Shown here piece after piece: positions 1-18,806 of a stretch of DNA of 64,000 bases. The stretch's first letter is position 1; each line of letters begins with the position of its first letter. A program made the translations under genes and the position numbers. This DNA comes from the human T2T-CHM13v2.0 reference genome, Homo sapiens. Location of the stretch: NCBI RefSeq assembly GCF_009914755.1, contig NC_060939.1. One strand, given 5' to 3'. A model generated the notes under the pieces. The model searched no databases. It was given only the letters and a program-made list of their open reading frames with translations, and had not been told where the DNA came from.

Positions 1-2544
1 CCTCTGCCTCTTGATGCCAGTGGCACACACAGGATTGCAATTCGGGGACAGACCTTTTACAGGCTGCTGATCCAGCATATCCTGCAGACACATGTCAGTT
101 CCGGGGTCCCCTGACATTCTAAACCTATCTTGGGAATTCTCATAATATTCAACATAGCACAGAATCCACTAGGCCAGACTTGAAATTATTCAGAATTTGG
201 TCCTAGAACCAGTTGGTCTGTTCCTAGGAATCTCAAGTGAGAAATGGATTTTCTAGAGTGGCTGCAGGTTCTTGGAATTCATATGTGACCAAGACTGCTG
301 AACATTTGAGTACTTCTTCAGGATTAAACTACAAAAATACAAATATTTTTACCACTATTGAGTGCTAAAATAAAAGCATACTCTTTTGTACATGCATCTA
401 TGCCACACTGATATTTCTACTCTTCTAAAGCAGAGGAGAAAATAGTTACAGTAAATGATTTACAATATTGAATTCACAATCACTTCTAATGTCCTCATCT
501 GCGGCTGAAGTATAGGGCTCTTCAGCTACCCCTTGGCTCATGTTCTGCTGGACTGATGGAGCCCACCCTAACGAGATCAGAAGTAACTAGGGCTTGACAG
601 GCAACTAGGGTGGGTTCCCAGGACCAGATTATGAAGAACACCAGAAGTAGATGTAGAAATGTGATAAGAGGAAGAGTCTGTGTTGGTAGGAATTTAAAGA
701 AGAGGTTAAAAACAAGGAAAATCATACACCTCAGCAAAATAAATAGGAACAGGTTGTCAATAAGAAAAGTCCAGGGAAGTAAGTTTTCGATAATCATTAA
801 ATTGTCAAAAAATTACCACCAACATTCTTTGTCTTCATCTCTAGAGCTGATAAAATGAAGATAAATCACTATTCACTTTGCCTATTACATCTTTCTCAAC
901 TTCTCAATTTAAACTTGACTTAAATTTTTAAAAACTATTCTGTCTCCATATGGCACTCTCATAATCTAGACAGACTTGTGTTAGTTTAGGAGTAAAATCT
1001 GATCTCACTTTGAAAGACATCCCCAACTGGGACTTTCTTCTTCTCAAATTATCTGTCTTCCCAGCAACAGTGTGTGGTCACAGAAGTGTATGCGACATGC
1101 TAATGCATTTATCAAGTGATTATTCTTGGCCCCTCTGCTGGCAAAAACAAGCAGGAAATGGTACAGAAAAAACATGCATAGTAAGCCACATTAACCAGCT
1201 TCAAAGCTGTTCAACTTGTGTGGCTCCTATGAATTCAAGGGGGAAAAAAAAGTGTCACTGCTTTGTCTTTACCAAGACCACTTTCCCTTCAGCCTTTTGC
1301 CAAGTGATTGCCTTATATTGCCTAATCCAAGAGATGCCTTTCTTATGCCTTGTTGTCATTCCATAAAGAATTAGTTCTGCTTAATAGCTCAACTGTGCAG
1401 GAAGAACATTCCATGCAATTTTACACTTTGCATCGGTCACAGAAAGAGAATCAATAAAGCATTAAGAAGAGTGAGGTTTTTGTGACAAAATTCATGTCAC
1501 TTAGCAACTTCATCTGTGCAGAAATTTATAATGAGAAAAATCACCAAATCCATCAAGATCACAGCAGAAATATTTCTACTAGGATTACTTTTGCTTTACA
1601 AATGGTTATTTCAAGGACATTTAAAACCAATTCAAGAGATACAGTATATTAAATTATTTGTTGATAAACATTATAGCATTGTTCTTCATCGTTTTATATA
1701 TATATTGCTTTATCAAATCATAAAATCCTTGGTTCTCCTTTCTCTTCCACATAATAACCACTCAGTGGTATTTAGTACTCCTTTCTCTTTCACATAATAA
1801 CCACTCAGTATTTACTAAATGCCTGTTATGCCACACAATTCATTAAAATTTATACAATCATAATTTATAACATCAATTAGTCTACTTATGACATTCAGTC
1901 ACAAACTGGGAATCAATCACTACGAAATGCCTCTCTCTTTCATCTTCTCATAGCTGTTAAATTAAAAAGCAAGCCAATTTAATTGATAACAGGATATATA
2001 TAGACAGACAGATAGATATCAGATGACCAGTTAAAGTGAATTCATAAAGTAGACATTGACTTCTGAACTACTTGTTCACAACATAATGATGTCTTTTAAT
2101 ATTGTAACTTTTTTAAAATTAGGCTTGACAACACAGCCCTAAAGAAGAGAAGAGAGAATTAACCTACTATATATCATATGTACATTAACTGGTTTAATAC
2201 TCTGAAAAACCTTAGCAGGTAAATAATATTACTTTTATTTATAATTAGGGAAATATGTTCCATTTGCTCAGGGCCACAGAATTAGTAAATAATGGAGCTG
2301 GAAGTCAAATGGTGCTTTAAAAAACTTAGCTTCAAGCTGCAGCCCTAGAGACAAAACATCCACTCAAGGAGTCCATCATAGCACCTCACAGTACTAATGC
2401 TAATCTAGGCCTTGTGAGTCTATTCTCCCAGTAGGACACATACATTCATGCAAAAAGAACAGGTAATGTCCTTTTCTCCAATTTTCTCTGCTTTAAACTT
2501 TCCTTGAAGTAGCAGCAAAAATATTTCCCTGACCTTCCACTTGA

Positions 2545-3940
<1,396 letters not shown>

Positions 3941-4049
3941 AGAGAGGAGAGGGAGAGCGAGGCAGGGTAGAGACACAGAGAGACAGGGTGACAAAAGATG
4001 CAACTGCAGGGCAGAGATGATGCAGAGCTTTGCCTACTTACATTTTAAT

Positions 4050-4207
4050 GCTTTGCTACTCTAAGTGCCATCCTTGGACCAATCTTAGAACTTGTTTGAA
4101 ATGCAGACTATCAGGCCCCACCCCAGAACTACCAAATGCCAATCAGCATTTTTAAAAGACGCCCAGGTGACTTGCATGGACTTTACTTTAAAATTTGAGA
4201 AGCACTA
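4050..4207. mobile_element. MER5-family element
   Basis: gaaatgcagact..caggccccacccc...cccaggtga...aaaatttgagaagcact. Confidence 0.65.
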
Positions 4208-5308
4208 CTCTAAGTATTTGGGTAGTATTCCGAAGGCAGTGGGGAGCCATTGAAATATTTTAAGTAAAAGATATACATGATCAGAGTTAAGGGTGATGTG
4301 GAATATCAAACCAAATGTGAGTTTTTTAATGATTCACTTGCTATTGAATTCTTATGATTGAGAATTGTGTTTTACAGAAGTACTTCCCTGCCTATACAAA
4401 GGCTCCTAAGGTTAAGAACATTTAAGGTTATCTCAAACACCAAGAATGTACCTTCTATAGGACAAAATCATGTCTAAACTATATCCAACTAGTGATTTAA
4501 ATAAAATTTATAAAATCAGATTCCCTAAAGGGTTTCAACAACCCAAAGCTGCTGCATAAATGGCTTACTCTTATGACATACTCTATGCCTGTTAAAGGTC
4601 TTTGAATTGCTTCAGTAGGAAATAGGCTATATTAGCTGCACACAAACTATTTATTAAATGCGGAATGCATACTTCCTTTTAGAAATTTTTACCAAATTAT
4701 ATGCAACCTTTCACTCAAAAGAATAAAAGAAGAGAATTCTGGACAACAGCCATATAGAAATCCTCCATAATGCGATCAATAAGCCAAATCAAAACAATGC
4801 ATAGTTTATAGGAGCAGGGCAAAAGAAACTTGCAGCTCATATTTCATCGGCTGTCAAGCGTCACATTCATTCAAGCACAGAGAGGTTAACTGATAGAATC
4901 TGCTCTTTAATGCCTGTTTTTGGTAGTGGAGAGCCAAACAATCTTACTTTTCCTTTGATGGTTTATAACAAATGTCACAGAAAAGATGAATAAAACTGCA
5001 TTCAGGACCAACTGTAAAGCTAGATTTCCCAACTTTGTGCAGAGTTCTATTCACCACCTTATGCAAATTTTCCACATGGCTTAATAGAGACCCTGAGTTT
5101 CTTTCAAGGAAATGATCACCAGTGGGATCTGTTAATTTGAAAAATATTTGGAAATACACCAATGCTCAGAAGCCACAAAGGCAATGTTTTTCAACCGTCT
5201 CTTCTGTGATGGACACTCCTTTACATGTTTGAAGTCTGATTTCCCACAATCAGCATTTGCTGACAGACAGGACAGTCTGTGCACGCCTGTGGAAAGGAGG
5301 AGTAAGCT

Positions 5309-5344
<36 letters not shown>

Positions 5345-5494
5345 AGAGGCAGAAGAGTTAGTGAGAAAGGCGGGAAAGAGAAAAAAATGGAATGGAACAG
5401 ATAAAGGGAAAAACATCACAAGAAGAAATGAAGCAAGCGAAAACAAACAAGACAACAGATCAGGAATGAATGGTGCAAATAAAGTGAAACCAGG

Positions 5495-6343
<849 letters not shown>

Positions 6344-6604
6344 TTACAGACGTTTTTAAAGCCCTATGGGACCCTTTAGATAGTTTAGTTAAATTTCTTT
6401 ATGGCCGTAATTATGAGTGAAAGGACATGGACATGATAATGACCCACTAGTACTTTTGGGAGACCCATAACAAAAAGAAAGTGCCGACAAGTTTTTTTAA
6501 AAAAAGTTTATATATATATTATATATAAAATATATATAAAATATACAATATATATATAGAGAGAGAGAGAGCGCGTGAGAGAGTGTGTTCAATCCATTTA
6601 ATGG

Positions 6605-7192
6605 GATTGCAACTACTTTGGAAACAGTTTGGCAGTTTCCTAAAAAGTTAAATAGTTAAATATATATTTATTATCCAAACCAGGCATTTCAACTCTTAGG
6701 TATCTACCCAAGTGAAATTAGTTCATAGTTTACACAATGACTTATATATGAATATTCCTAACAGGTTTATGTGTAATGGCCTCAAACTGTTTGGAAACAG
6801 CCCTAATGTAAATTAACAAGTGAGTGAATAAACAATCAGTGGTATATCCATTCAATGGAATGCTACTTAACAACCAAAAATGAACCAACATGAATGAATC
6901 TCAAAACATTTATGCTGAATGAGAGAATCCGTACAAACAAAAGAGTACATATTATTTGAACATTCTAAAAAGGCAAACTAATCTATAGTGACAGAAAGCA
7001 GATCAGTGGTTGCCTGGCGATGGGGAGGAGGGAGGGACTCCAAAAACCATTAAGAAACTTTCGGGAGAGATGAGTATGTTCTCATTGTGGTGATGGTTTC
7101 ATTGGTACACATATAGGTCAAATTCAACAAAGTGTGCACTTCAAATATGTGCAGTTTATTGTGCATCAATTATGCCTCAATAACATTTTTTA
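6605..7192 (+). mobile_element. Old L1M 3' end fragment
   Basis: actttggaaacagtttggcagtttc...atctatagtgacagaaagcagatcagtggttgcc...gtgcagtttattgtgcatcaattatgcctcaataa. Confidence 0.8.
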
Positions 7193-8069
7193 AATCTGAA
7201 AAAAAACCCGGCATATGTGGGCATATATGTGTTTGTAAATGCACAGAAAAAAGCCCCCGAAGAATATACACAACCATTAACAATGACTACAGGAACTAAG
7301 CACTTAATATTTTCTCTATTACTGCAATATTTATGGCAACTATTTTACTTCTATAATTTCAAAAATAAAAATAAAAATCAGTTAATTTCAAAAGCCTTTA
7401 AAAGTTCCAGAAAGCCCTATTGAAAATCACAAATATTTTCATCAGTTTCTTCATCCTCAAATATTAAAATACTTCATTTTTACATAAATCTACTTAATTA
7501 CAGCAATGTTGTTCTACATTTTTCATTATACACATACAATTTATTGGCTACTATGTGAATTAAATAGGACTATTTGCAAACTGTTATTTGTAGCACTTTC
7601 TTCCCCCCAGGGAAAAGTGTTCTCTTAATCCCAAACCACTAAATTACTCACATTCAGTTTATGGCTTTCTCTTAAATGCCTGAAAGATGTGGATCTGGAG
7701 TTGTTTTTTAAAGCCTCATTTTCTGAAATTTTAGGCTGTGAGTACATTATAATATCCCAGAATCTAATGTTTTCTTGGTCTAGGATATTCACTACAGGAA
7801 TGTTCATATACTTTTGTCTTTAAGTCATTCTTCTATTTTTGATACCTCTAAAAGCCTTCTCTATAAACTAAACAGTTATGTTTCTTTTATTGCATTCACT
7901 TGATTCCTGATCAACTTATATAGAATATAATTAAAATTATCAGTAAAAAATACACAAACTCCCCAAATTTTAACCAAGACATGGTGAGAGACAAAAGGAA
8001 AAGTGAAATCTTGTACCTGCCCCGAGACGACTTGCCTCTCTTCCTCTAAAAGGCTTTATAGCAGATGTG

Positions 8070-9036
<967 letters not shown>

Positions 9037-10199
9037 TCTCTCTTCTGTTCTCAGGATATTGCCCCAATTTTAAAAAATTGCTCAATGAATGTGGATGTAA
9101 ATAAAAAAAAGTTATACAAGTAGATGACAACCCTCAGGTGACTGTTACACAAGTGAGGTTCCCAGAAGGAAACAATCTAGGAAGGAACTGAAATGGTTAA
9201 GCAGAAGCCAAATGATTCTGGAGCTAGGGCTTGAATTGGGTCAAATTAAAATGAAGCAATGAAGGCATCCCCAGGCCTCAAAGTAACCTCTTCAATCACA
9301 GAACTGCATCCTAGCCTTTTAAATAAAGTGAATAAGCTCACATAGAATCTTTTCTTCCTACACTGATAAGTCTTTGACATAAGAATGTGAACTCTAGAGG
9401 GTTAATGAATCAATTGCCAGCACTTTGGTCAAGATGGTGAAATGAAATGGTTGGTCAGAGTTCACTGACCACTGGTCAAAGACAGACAAAGACCCCTGTC
9501 TCAAATAATAGCTTTAGTCCGTGGACAGAGGGGCTTGTTTTCTGTGCCAGCAAAGGTTTTCCAGAAAGCTGTTTCGCCTATGTGTTTCAACCAAACCCAC
9601 AAATCTCAGGTGGATTTGATTTCTTTGGGTATTACTATAGCAAACTGAAAAGCAGCTGATTCAGTCCCTAATTTTTCATCCAATTTGATCACTAAGACAA
9701 CCAAAATAATGGTGCATGATCTGGTTATTATAATTGTGCTGCCTCCCAAATTGAATTAACCATGTGGTAATCTGATTGATAACTCAAAGGCCATGATGAA
9801 TCAACTTAAAACAATTTAGTGCCAAGTACAGATATAGCTCTAATTTTTCAACATATGCCCAGGAAAATGTTATTTCAGATTATTACTATCCTTTTTGATC
9901 CACAACTTCATGCAAATTCGTTATTTTCAAGATTTGGGAGAAAACTAGTAAAAAGCCAGTTAAGATAAAATTTAAAGCTGTCAAATAACTCAAGCAAACA
10001 AAAAAAATTACAATGTACCAGATATTTAATTTCAGAAGGCCACTAACAGCACATTTTATGTCTGACAAAATAGGAAAATGTATTTTAGACCACTCATTTA
10101 AAAATTGTTTAACCAATTTCAAACATGCAGAAGAATGAGTAGTATAACACTTTATCAAATAATAAATAGCACTTCGCAATATTTGTTCCAGAATTTTCA

Positions 10200-11150
10200 A
10201 AAAAGAATATAAAACACTATAGAGATTTGGTTAAAATCCCTTGTATACCTCTCTCTGATCTGATCTTCTTTCCCTCTCCAGAAACAACCACTATTTTCAA
10301 CTTGGTGTTTATAAGAACTATTTTGTACTTTTAGTAATACCTATGTATTCACAAACAAAATACTGTTCTGCATAGTTTCTATCTATATACAAATGGTATC
10401 ATAGTCTATTTGCTCTGTAAAATGCTCAACACTTTTTACCACTTATCCACACTATATATAAATCTAGTTAATCATTTTAATTAATTTAACTATATGTAGC
10501 ACCCCACGATTTATTAGCCATTTTCTTACTGAGAGACATGTAAGTTGTTTCCAACTTCCCTTTATTGCAAAAGATGCTTCAAGGAGCATTCTTATATGCA
10601 TCTGCTTATGTGCATGGGCAAGAGTTTTCCTATGCTATATGCCTAGACATGAAAAGGTTACATATATTTTCAATTTTTCCCGATATTGCCAAATTACTCT
10701 CTAAAATAGTTCCACCAGTTTAAATTTCCATCAGCTTTCTTTGCCATCATTTGGAAATCACAGGTGTTAAAATTTTTGTCAATTTACTGGATGTAAAAAT
10801 AGTATCTTCTTTAAAAATTTCATTTCCCTGATTACAAGTGAACTAAGCATAATTTCATGTTTATAAGCTTTTTATGTTTTCCCTACTTTGAATTGCTATT
10901 TTTTTTACTAGGATGTTTGCTTCTTTTTCATTGATTTGTATGAGTTCTTTCATCTTTTGGTTACTAATCCTTTGTCATTTAGATTCGCTGCATGTCTATT
11001 ACCCCAGCTTGTCTTGTTGCTACATTACTGGTTTACACTGTCTTTCTGAAATTCAGAAGTTTAAAAATTTGTTTTAACTTAATAAAATTTATTAATTTTT
11101 TTCTTCATGGGTTAGGCTTTCTGTAAAATATTTTAAAATCTTTCCCAATC
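10200..11150 (-). mobile_element. Old L1M(E) 3' region fragment, antisense
   Basis: T-rich degenerate L1 3' sequence (gttgtttccaac, atattgccaaattactctc, catttccctgattac). Confidence 0.6.
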
Positions 11151-11367
11151 CAGAAGTAGGGCTAGGCCTAAAACTTCAGGTACTTAACCCTGTACATTTC
11201 TGTTCTGGTCCTCATAGATATTTCTCTCATTTTCAAGCTAGGTTTAGCTTTCTGTTTTAATATTTTACCTATCATTGCTATGTATTGGGAACAGATTATA
11301 CAAAAGCATGAACTCACTGTAACACCCTGAGAAGTAGTCATCCTTTTATTTTCTTTCTATCTATTTA

Positions 11368-11371
<4 letters not shown>

Positions 11372-11410
<39 letters not shown>

Positions 11411-11704
11411 CTTTCTATGACAGGGTCTTGCTCTGTTGCCCAGGCTGGAGTGCAGTGGTGATACCATAGCTCAACTGCAGCCTGGAACCCCTGGAGTTAA
11501 AGTGATTCTCTCATCTCAGTCTCCCGGGTAGCTGGGACTACAGATGTGCACCCCCACCCCCCTGCTAGTTTTAAAAACATTTTTTGTAGACAGGAGGTGT
11601 CACTATGTTGTTCAGGCTGATCTTAAACTCCTGGCCTCAAGGGATCCTTCTGCCTCAGCCTCCCTAAGTGTTGGGATTACAAGTGTGAGCCACCAAGCCT
11701 GGCA
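11372..11704 (-). mobile_element. AluJ-like element with (CT)n tail microsatellite
   Basis: Alu consensus; (CT)n ~11372-11407. Confidence 0.85.
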
Positions 11705-13262
11705 TCCTTATCCCCCCCTTTTTTTTTTAAATAGAGAAAGAGCTTCAGATGAGGTTAAGTTTCTAAGTGAACACTATTTCCCCTCCTTATGCATCAAATA
11801 AGCTCAAAGTACTTTTAATTATTTCAGGTGTCATAATCTAGTCCAGATTGTGCCCACTCAACTCTCTTAACCACTTATACTTAAAAAGTAAACATACACA
11901 AAATAGCTGTGAGATGATTTTTTCTACCTAAAAATGCTATTTTTGCATCAAAATTGAGCAGCTTCTTAAATAAACATAGTTTGATGTTGCTAAAATTAAA
12001 ATTTGAGAACAATCCTTAAAAACCTCTGTGTTTAATGAAGTCAAATGGTAATCCCACAAGGAGGACTTCAGAGAGTTCTTTAACATCTTAGCAGAGTTTT
12101 ATATACAGCTCTTTACAGAGCTTTACACATATACAGATAAAATACTCTAATAATGATACTGAATACAATCAGAAAATATAATAAATTACTTCTTTATTCA
12201 AACAAAAATATTTTTCATACTCTCTAAACACCAAAATCATTTAATAAAATATCAACTGTCATATATTCATATTATTCAAAAAGGAACTGTTAAAAGTAAT
12301 GTATCTATTGTTTAATTAAGGCTACAATGACAGTTTATAGACTGAAACAAAATATTATCATCCAAAGACCTCAGTGCCAAAGCTTTCTCATTTGCATCCT
12401 TGCCTAATGAATTAGTTTCCACCATATCTATGACAAAACCCTTAAAAAGTAAATCTAAATTTTCAGGCTAATCAGGATATTTTCCACTTGCCTCCAGGGA
12501 TATAAATACTCTCTTCAGATAATCCCAACTGTGTTTTTCATTTGATTGATTCATTGATTCTATAAACAGAGGTATTAGACTATTAGGAATACTCTTAATG
12601 AAGAATCAGGAATCCTTATGCCTAAAAGCAGGAGCGTGAAGCCCTGAGCAGACGTGGGGCCTTGAGAGTATGTGAAGCATTTGCAAAAGTGACCTCAGGG
12701 CAACTCCAAGCCCTAACGGATACTTTAGTGTTTGCAAAAGCAGCAGGAAGTTCCTAATCCCCTTTTCCTTAAAAGAAGAGATAAATGTCTTTGATTTGGG
12801 ATCACAACATCCGAGGTCCCCTGGAATTACATATCCAAAAAACCCTGAGTACTGGAAGTCCAAACTAGAGTTCCGTAAGGAAAATAATATACCACTTTTA
12901 AGATCCACAAAGGTTAACCTTTGAGCTAAAAAGGCAGTAAAAGAAACTAAAAAAGCAATACAACTCCTTTTGACTTGACTTGGTCTCTCAGCAAACATGA
13001 ACTCCAAGTGAGAGAAACCTAAGAGAAACTTTGTGATAAGACATTTGGATAAACAATCCATTCCCTTCTGAATTGGCACCAGTTGGAGAAAGGGGCAAAG
13101 GTAGACTATTCAATAAAACTATTAAAACGCCCAACACTTGTCTACATTAGCTCATTTTTACAGATACCATCCAAAAACTATCATATAGACACAGTATAGT
13201 ATTCTCCTTGAAAATAAAAGTTACTTGCCAACAAATTACAAATGAATTTGTGTTAACAATCA

Positions 13263-13469
<207 letters not shown>

Positions 13470-14986
13470 TTATATATCAATCACAATAATTTCACTTTTT
13501 ATTTTAACCAAGATTGAGCTTTTTTCAGGATAAACAATCCATGGGCTGAAGAATGATGGGAGTTCCTCTGCCCACTACAGAACCACTTCCTTACCTCCCT
13601 AATCCATGTGACTGAACTCTTGGTTAGCCCTTATTTGTATGGGAGGGAAGAAGTCATCGGAAAGGTTTTGGACTATCAAGAGGATTTCAGCAGGAAGCTG
13701 CAACATCTCCATAATATGAAAAACATCTTAAAGTCAAGTGCTGGGAGGATCCAACCTTCAAGAACACAGTATTTTCCTTTATTTTCCCCCTAAATCACCA
13801 GACCATTAGGAGAAAAAAATTACTTCTCTACCTTTTCATAACCATCTTATCAAAACATACATTTTAAAGATGACAAATTTTTAAGATTTTAACTGAGTTC
13901 ACCACTCAGCAGTTATCTTAACACCACTGCTGCTAAGATTTTAACAGCAGCGTGGAAAAAGCAACTTTACAGCAATATATACACAACAAAACTATGTATC
14001 ACACATACATGTGTATGTACATATATATATGTACACGTGTACATATCTTCACCAAGCTTGATAATGCCTAAAATTCAAAACGCCATTATCAAATTAAAAA
14101 AGTTTTTCATTCTACAATGGAATTCATGTCGAGGAACATCATCAGGTACAAAATGGAGTAGCTATGGTAAAAGCAGTGGCTTTACTCAATATGAAACCAT
14201 TTGAGCCACTAATACAAAGGCTTAGGTTACATGACATAGCTGACTAATAGAAACTTCCAAATCCCTAACTCTTTACTGTTCCATCCTGATATCACAAGAG
14301 ATTTGGCTTTTATTGGAGAATAAAACATGTACATATTTAACACAGGTGAAATATTCTAACTTATTTCAAACAGAATGCTTTAACTAAAAATATAAATGAA
14401 ATTTCACATAAAATAGTAGACACAGGGAACCATGTTACAATGAACCATTTCCTACTAAAATATTTCAAAATCTGGGAAAAACAATATTATCTGTAGAGGA
14501 ATTCTGTTAGTTGTCAATGATTTTAAGAAGCCTCAGGAAGAAAAGGCTTTCTCTTGATGATTTATGAGATGTTTCTTTTAACCATGCCTCTCCAGTAATT
14601 CTACGCAAGAGAAAAAAAGCAAAAGCCACAGTGAAGGTTTCTGGGATTTACCATCTGAAAGCTTTTATTCTTCCAAAGAAAGAAAGTTATGACCTTTGAC
14701 ATTGTGCTATGGTGCTGAAGAAACTGCTCATAAATGTATGTCAGTAATGAAGCAGAAATCAATAATTTCATTTAATCTAGTGAACTATTATGTAGTGGGA
14801 CACAATACATTTGAAAAGCCAAATGTCCTTCTATTACTTAATGACATCTATGTTGCTTTCTCATTAAAAGTTTTGTTTTACTTGCTTTATGTATTTTTAA
14901 TCATCATAATTTCACTATCATACATAAAAGGTGTCCAGCATTTTAAAGTTAACTTTAAATTTTTCTTTAAAAAAACACACTTTGTA

Positions 14987-15813
14987 GGCTGACTCTCTTT
15001 TGGGACTCAGCCCGCCTGCACCCAGGTGAAATAAACAGCCCTGTTGCTCACACAAAGCCTGTTTGGTGGTCTCTTCACATGGACGCGCATGAAAGTTGGT
15101 GCCGTGACTTGGATCGGGGGACCTCCCTTTGGAGATCAATCCCCTGTCCTCCTGCTCTTTGCTCCGTGAGAAAGATCCACCTACGACCTCTGGTCTTCAG
15201 ACTAACCAGCCCAAGGAACATCTCACTAATTTTAAATCTGGTAAGCGGCCTTTTTTTTACTCTCTTCTCCAACCTCTCTCACTATCCCTCAACCTCTTTC
15301 AACTCACACCTAACCTAAAACCTAAATGCCTTATTTTCTTCCGCAATGCCACTTGACCCCAATAGAAACTCGACAGTGGTTCCAAATAGCCAGAAAACGG
15401 CACTTTCAATTTTTCCATCCTACAAGATCTAAATAATTCTTGTTGTAAAATGGGCAAATGGTCTGAGATGCCTGACATCTAGGCATTCTTTTACACATCC
15501 GTCCCTCCCTAGTCTCTGTTCCCAATGAAACTCATCCCAAATCTTCCTTGTTTCCCTCCCGCCTGTCCCCTCAGTCCCAACCCCAAGCGTTGCTGAGTCT
15601 TTCTAATCTTCCTTTTCTACACCTTGTGACCCCCACCCCTGCCAGCCAGAGAACAACACCCCCGCTTTGACGGTAATTTTCCTTTACCTACCCAAATCTT
15701 ATAAAACGGCCCCACCCCTATCTCCCTTCGCTGACTCTTTTCAGACTCAGCCCGCCTGCACCCACGTGAAATAAACAGCCTTGTTGCTCACAAAAAACAA
15801 ACAAAAAAAAAAA
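14987..15813 (+). mobile_element. HERV-H/LTR7-derived processed (L1-retrotransposed) copy: R-U5, PBS-His, leader/gag remnants, 3' U3-R, poly(A)
   Basis: R region (gctgactc...AATAAAcagcc..gttgctcac) occurs twice (from 14988 and 15730). PBS TGGTGCCGTGACTTGGAT at 15097-15114, donor-like G|GTAAG at 15240, TATAAAA 15700-15706, A-tail 15792-15813. TSD acactttgta at 14977-14986 and 15814-15823. Confidence 0.88.
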
Positions 15814-15824
15814 ACACTTTGTAA

Positions 15825-17575
<1,751 letters not shown>

Positions 17576-17879
17576 CTATGGCTGTTTTCTTTCTAAGGAA
17601 ACTGCTTTAAGACTTGACTGATCTGGTTCAAAGGGTATTTTTCACATCCTATTGGAATTCTTTCTTGCTTCTGATGTTTCATATGTGAAACTTTGACATT
17701 TCTCCTTTGGGTTCTGTGATTTTGTACTCATGTGGTCGTCCATCTACCTTCCTGACAACTGTTTGTGTTTCTTTTGGTTGTCCTAGGAGTTGATTCTGGG
17801 CCCCCATGCTGCTTGCTCTGTATGCTCATCCTGCTCCATCCACCTCCACCTAAGGTGATGCTCAGCTGAGTATCTGTTC

Positions 17880-18076
17880 AGCAGTGTCCTTCTTTTGGCT
17901 TCCCTGGGCCACACTTGAAAAATAATTGCCATGGGTCACACATAAAACACGCTAACACTAATGATAGGTGATGAGCTAAAAAGAAAAAATCTCATAATGT
18001 TTTAAGAACATTTATGAATTTGTGTTGGGCTGCATTCAAGGCTGTCCTGGGCTGCATGCGGGTTGGACAAGCTTGC
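17880..18076. mobile_element. MER30 (hAT-Charlie) element
   Basis: ttttggcttccctgggccacac...tgagctaaaaa...gaatttgtgttgggctgcattcaa...ggttggacaagcttg. Confidence 0.8.
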
Positions 18077-18806
18077 TTTAGGTCATGCCTCTCCTGACTC
18101 CCAACTGCTTTCTTGGATCACCTGCTGGATGGTCCACCTAGACATCCCACAGTCACCGAAAACTACGTTTTTCCCAGCCAAATTCATTACCTTGTTCCCT
18201 ACATTTGCTTCTCCTCCTGAATTTTCTATTTCAGTTGGTGGCACCACCATTTACCAAGTCACCCAAACGAAATACTGGCATCATCCTGAACTTTTCCCTC
18301 TCCCTGATTCCCCACATCTAACAAGTACTGCCATTGTAAAATCGTAATAACCTAAAATGTGTCTTCCATTCATCCCCTTGCCAGTGCTCCAGTCCAAGCC
18401 CTTATGAGTTCTCACTGTGCTGTCCCAGCCTCCACTCTGCCTACAGCCCTGTTCACCTGACTTCTGCTCTCCTCACAGACACTAATGGGATCAATCTGAA
18501 ACACAAATCTGATGAAGCCAATCCCTTGCAGTTAATCACTTGCAAGTTAAATTCCAGGTTCGTTAACATGGTACATAGTGTATAATGAGTCTTTCCTTGA
18601 GTGGATCCTGTCTACATCTCCAATTCCATGTTGGGGTGCCATTTCTTTGAAATTTATTCTCCAACAACATCAAATAGTTTACTATTCCATACGTACCGTG
18701 TTGTTTCTTACTACTATGCTTTCGACTATTCATTTCCTTCATCTAATTAAAATCTAGTTTTCCTTCAAAATTTAGCTTACACATCAGCTACATCAGGATC
18801 TCTCCC

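Noticed and set aside
5312-5343. Orphan poly(A) run
   Set aside because: No upstream element, poly(A) signal or TSD identified; treated as a simple mononucleotide repeat.
12606-13079. 157-aa minus-strand ORF in unique intronic DNA
   Set aside because: Non-ATG start, no recognisable domain or convincing splice boundaries.
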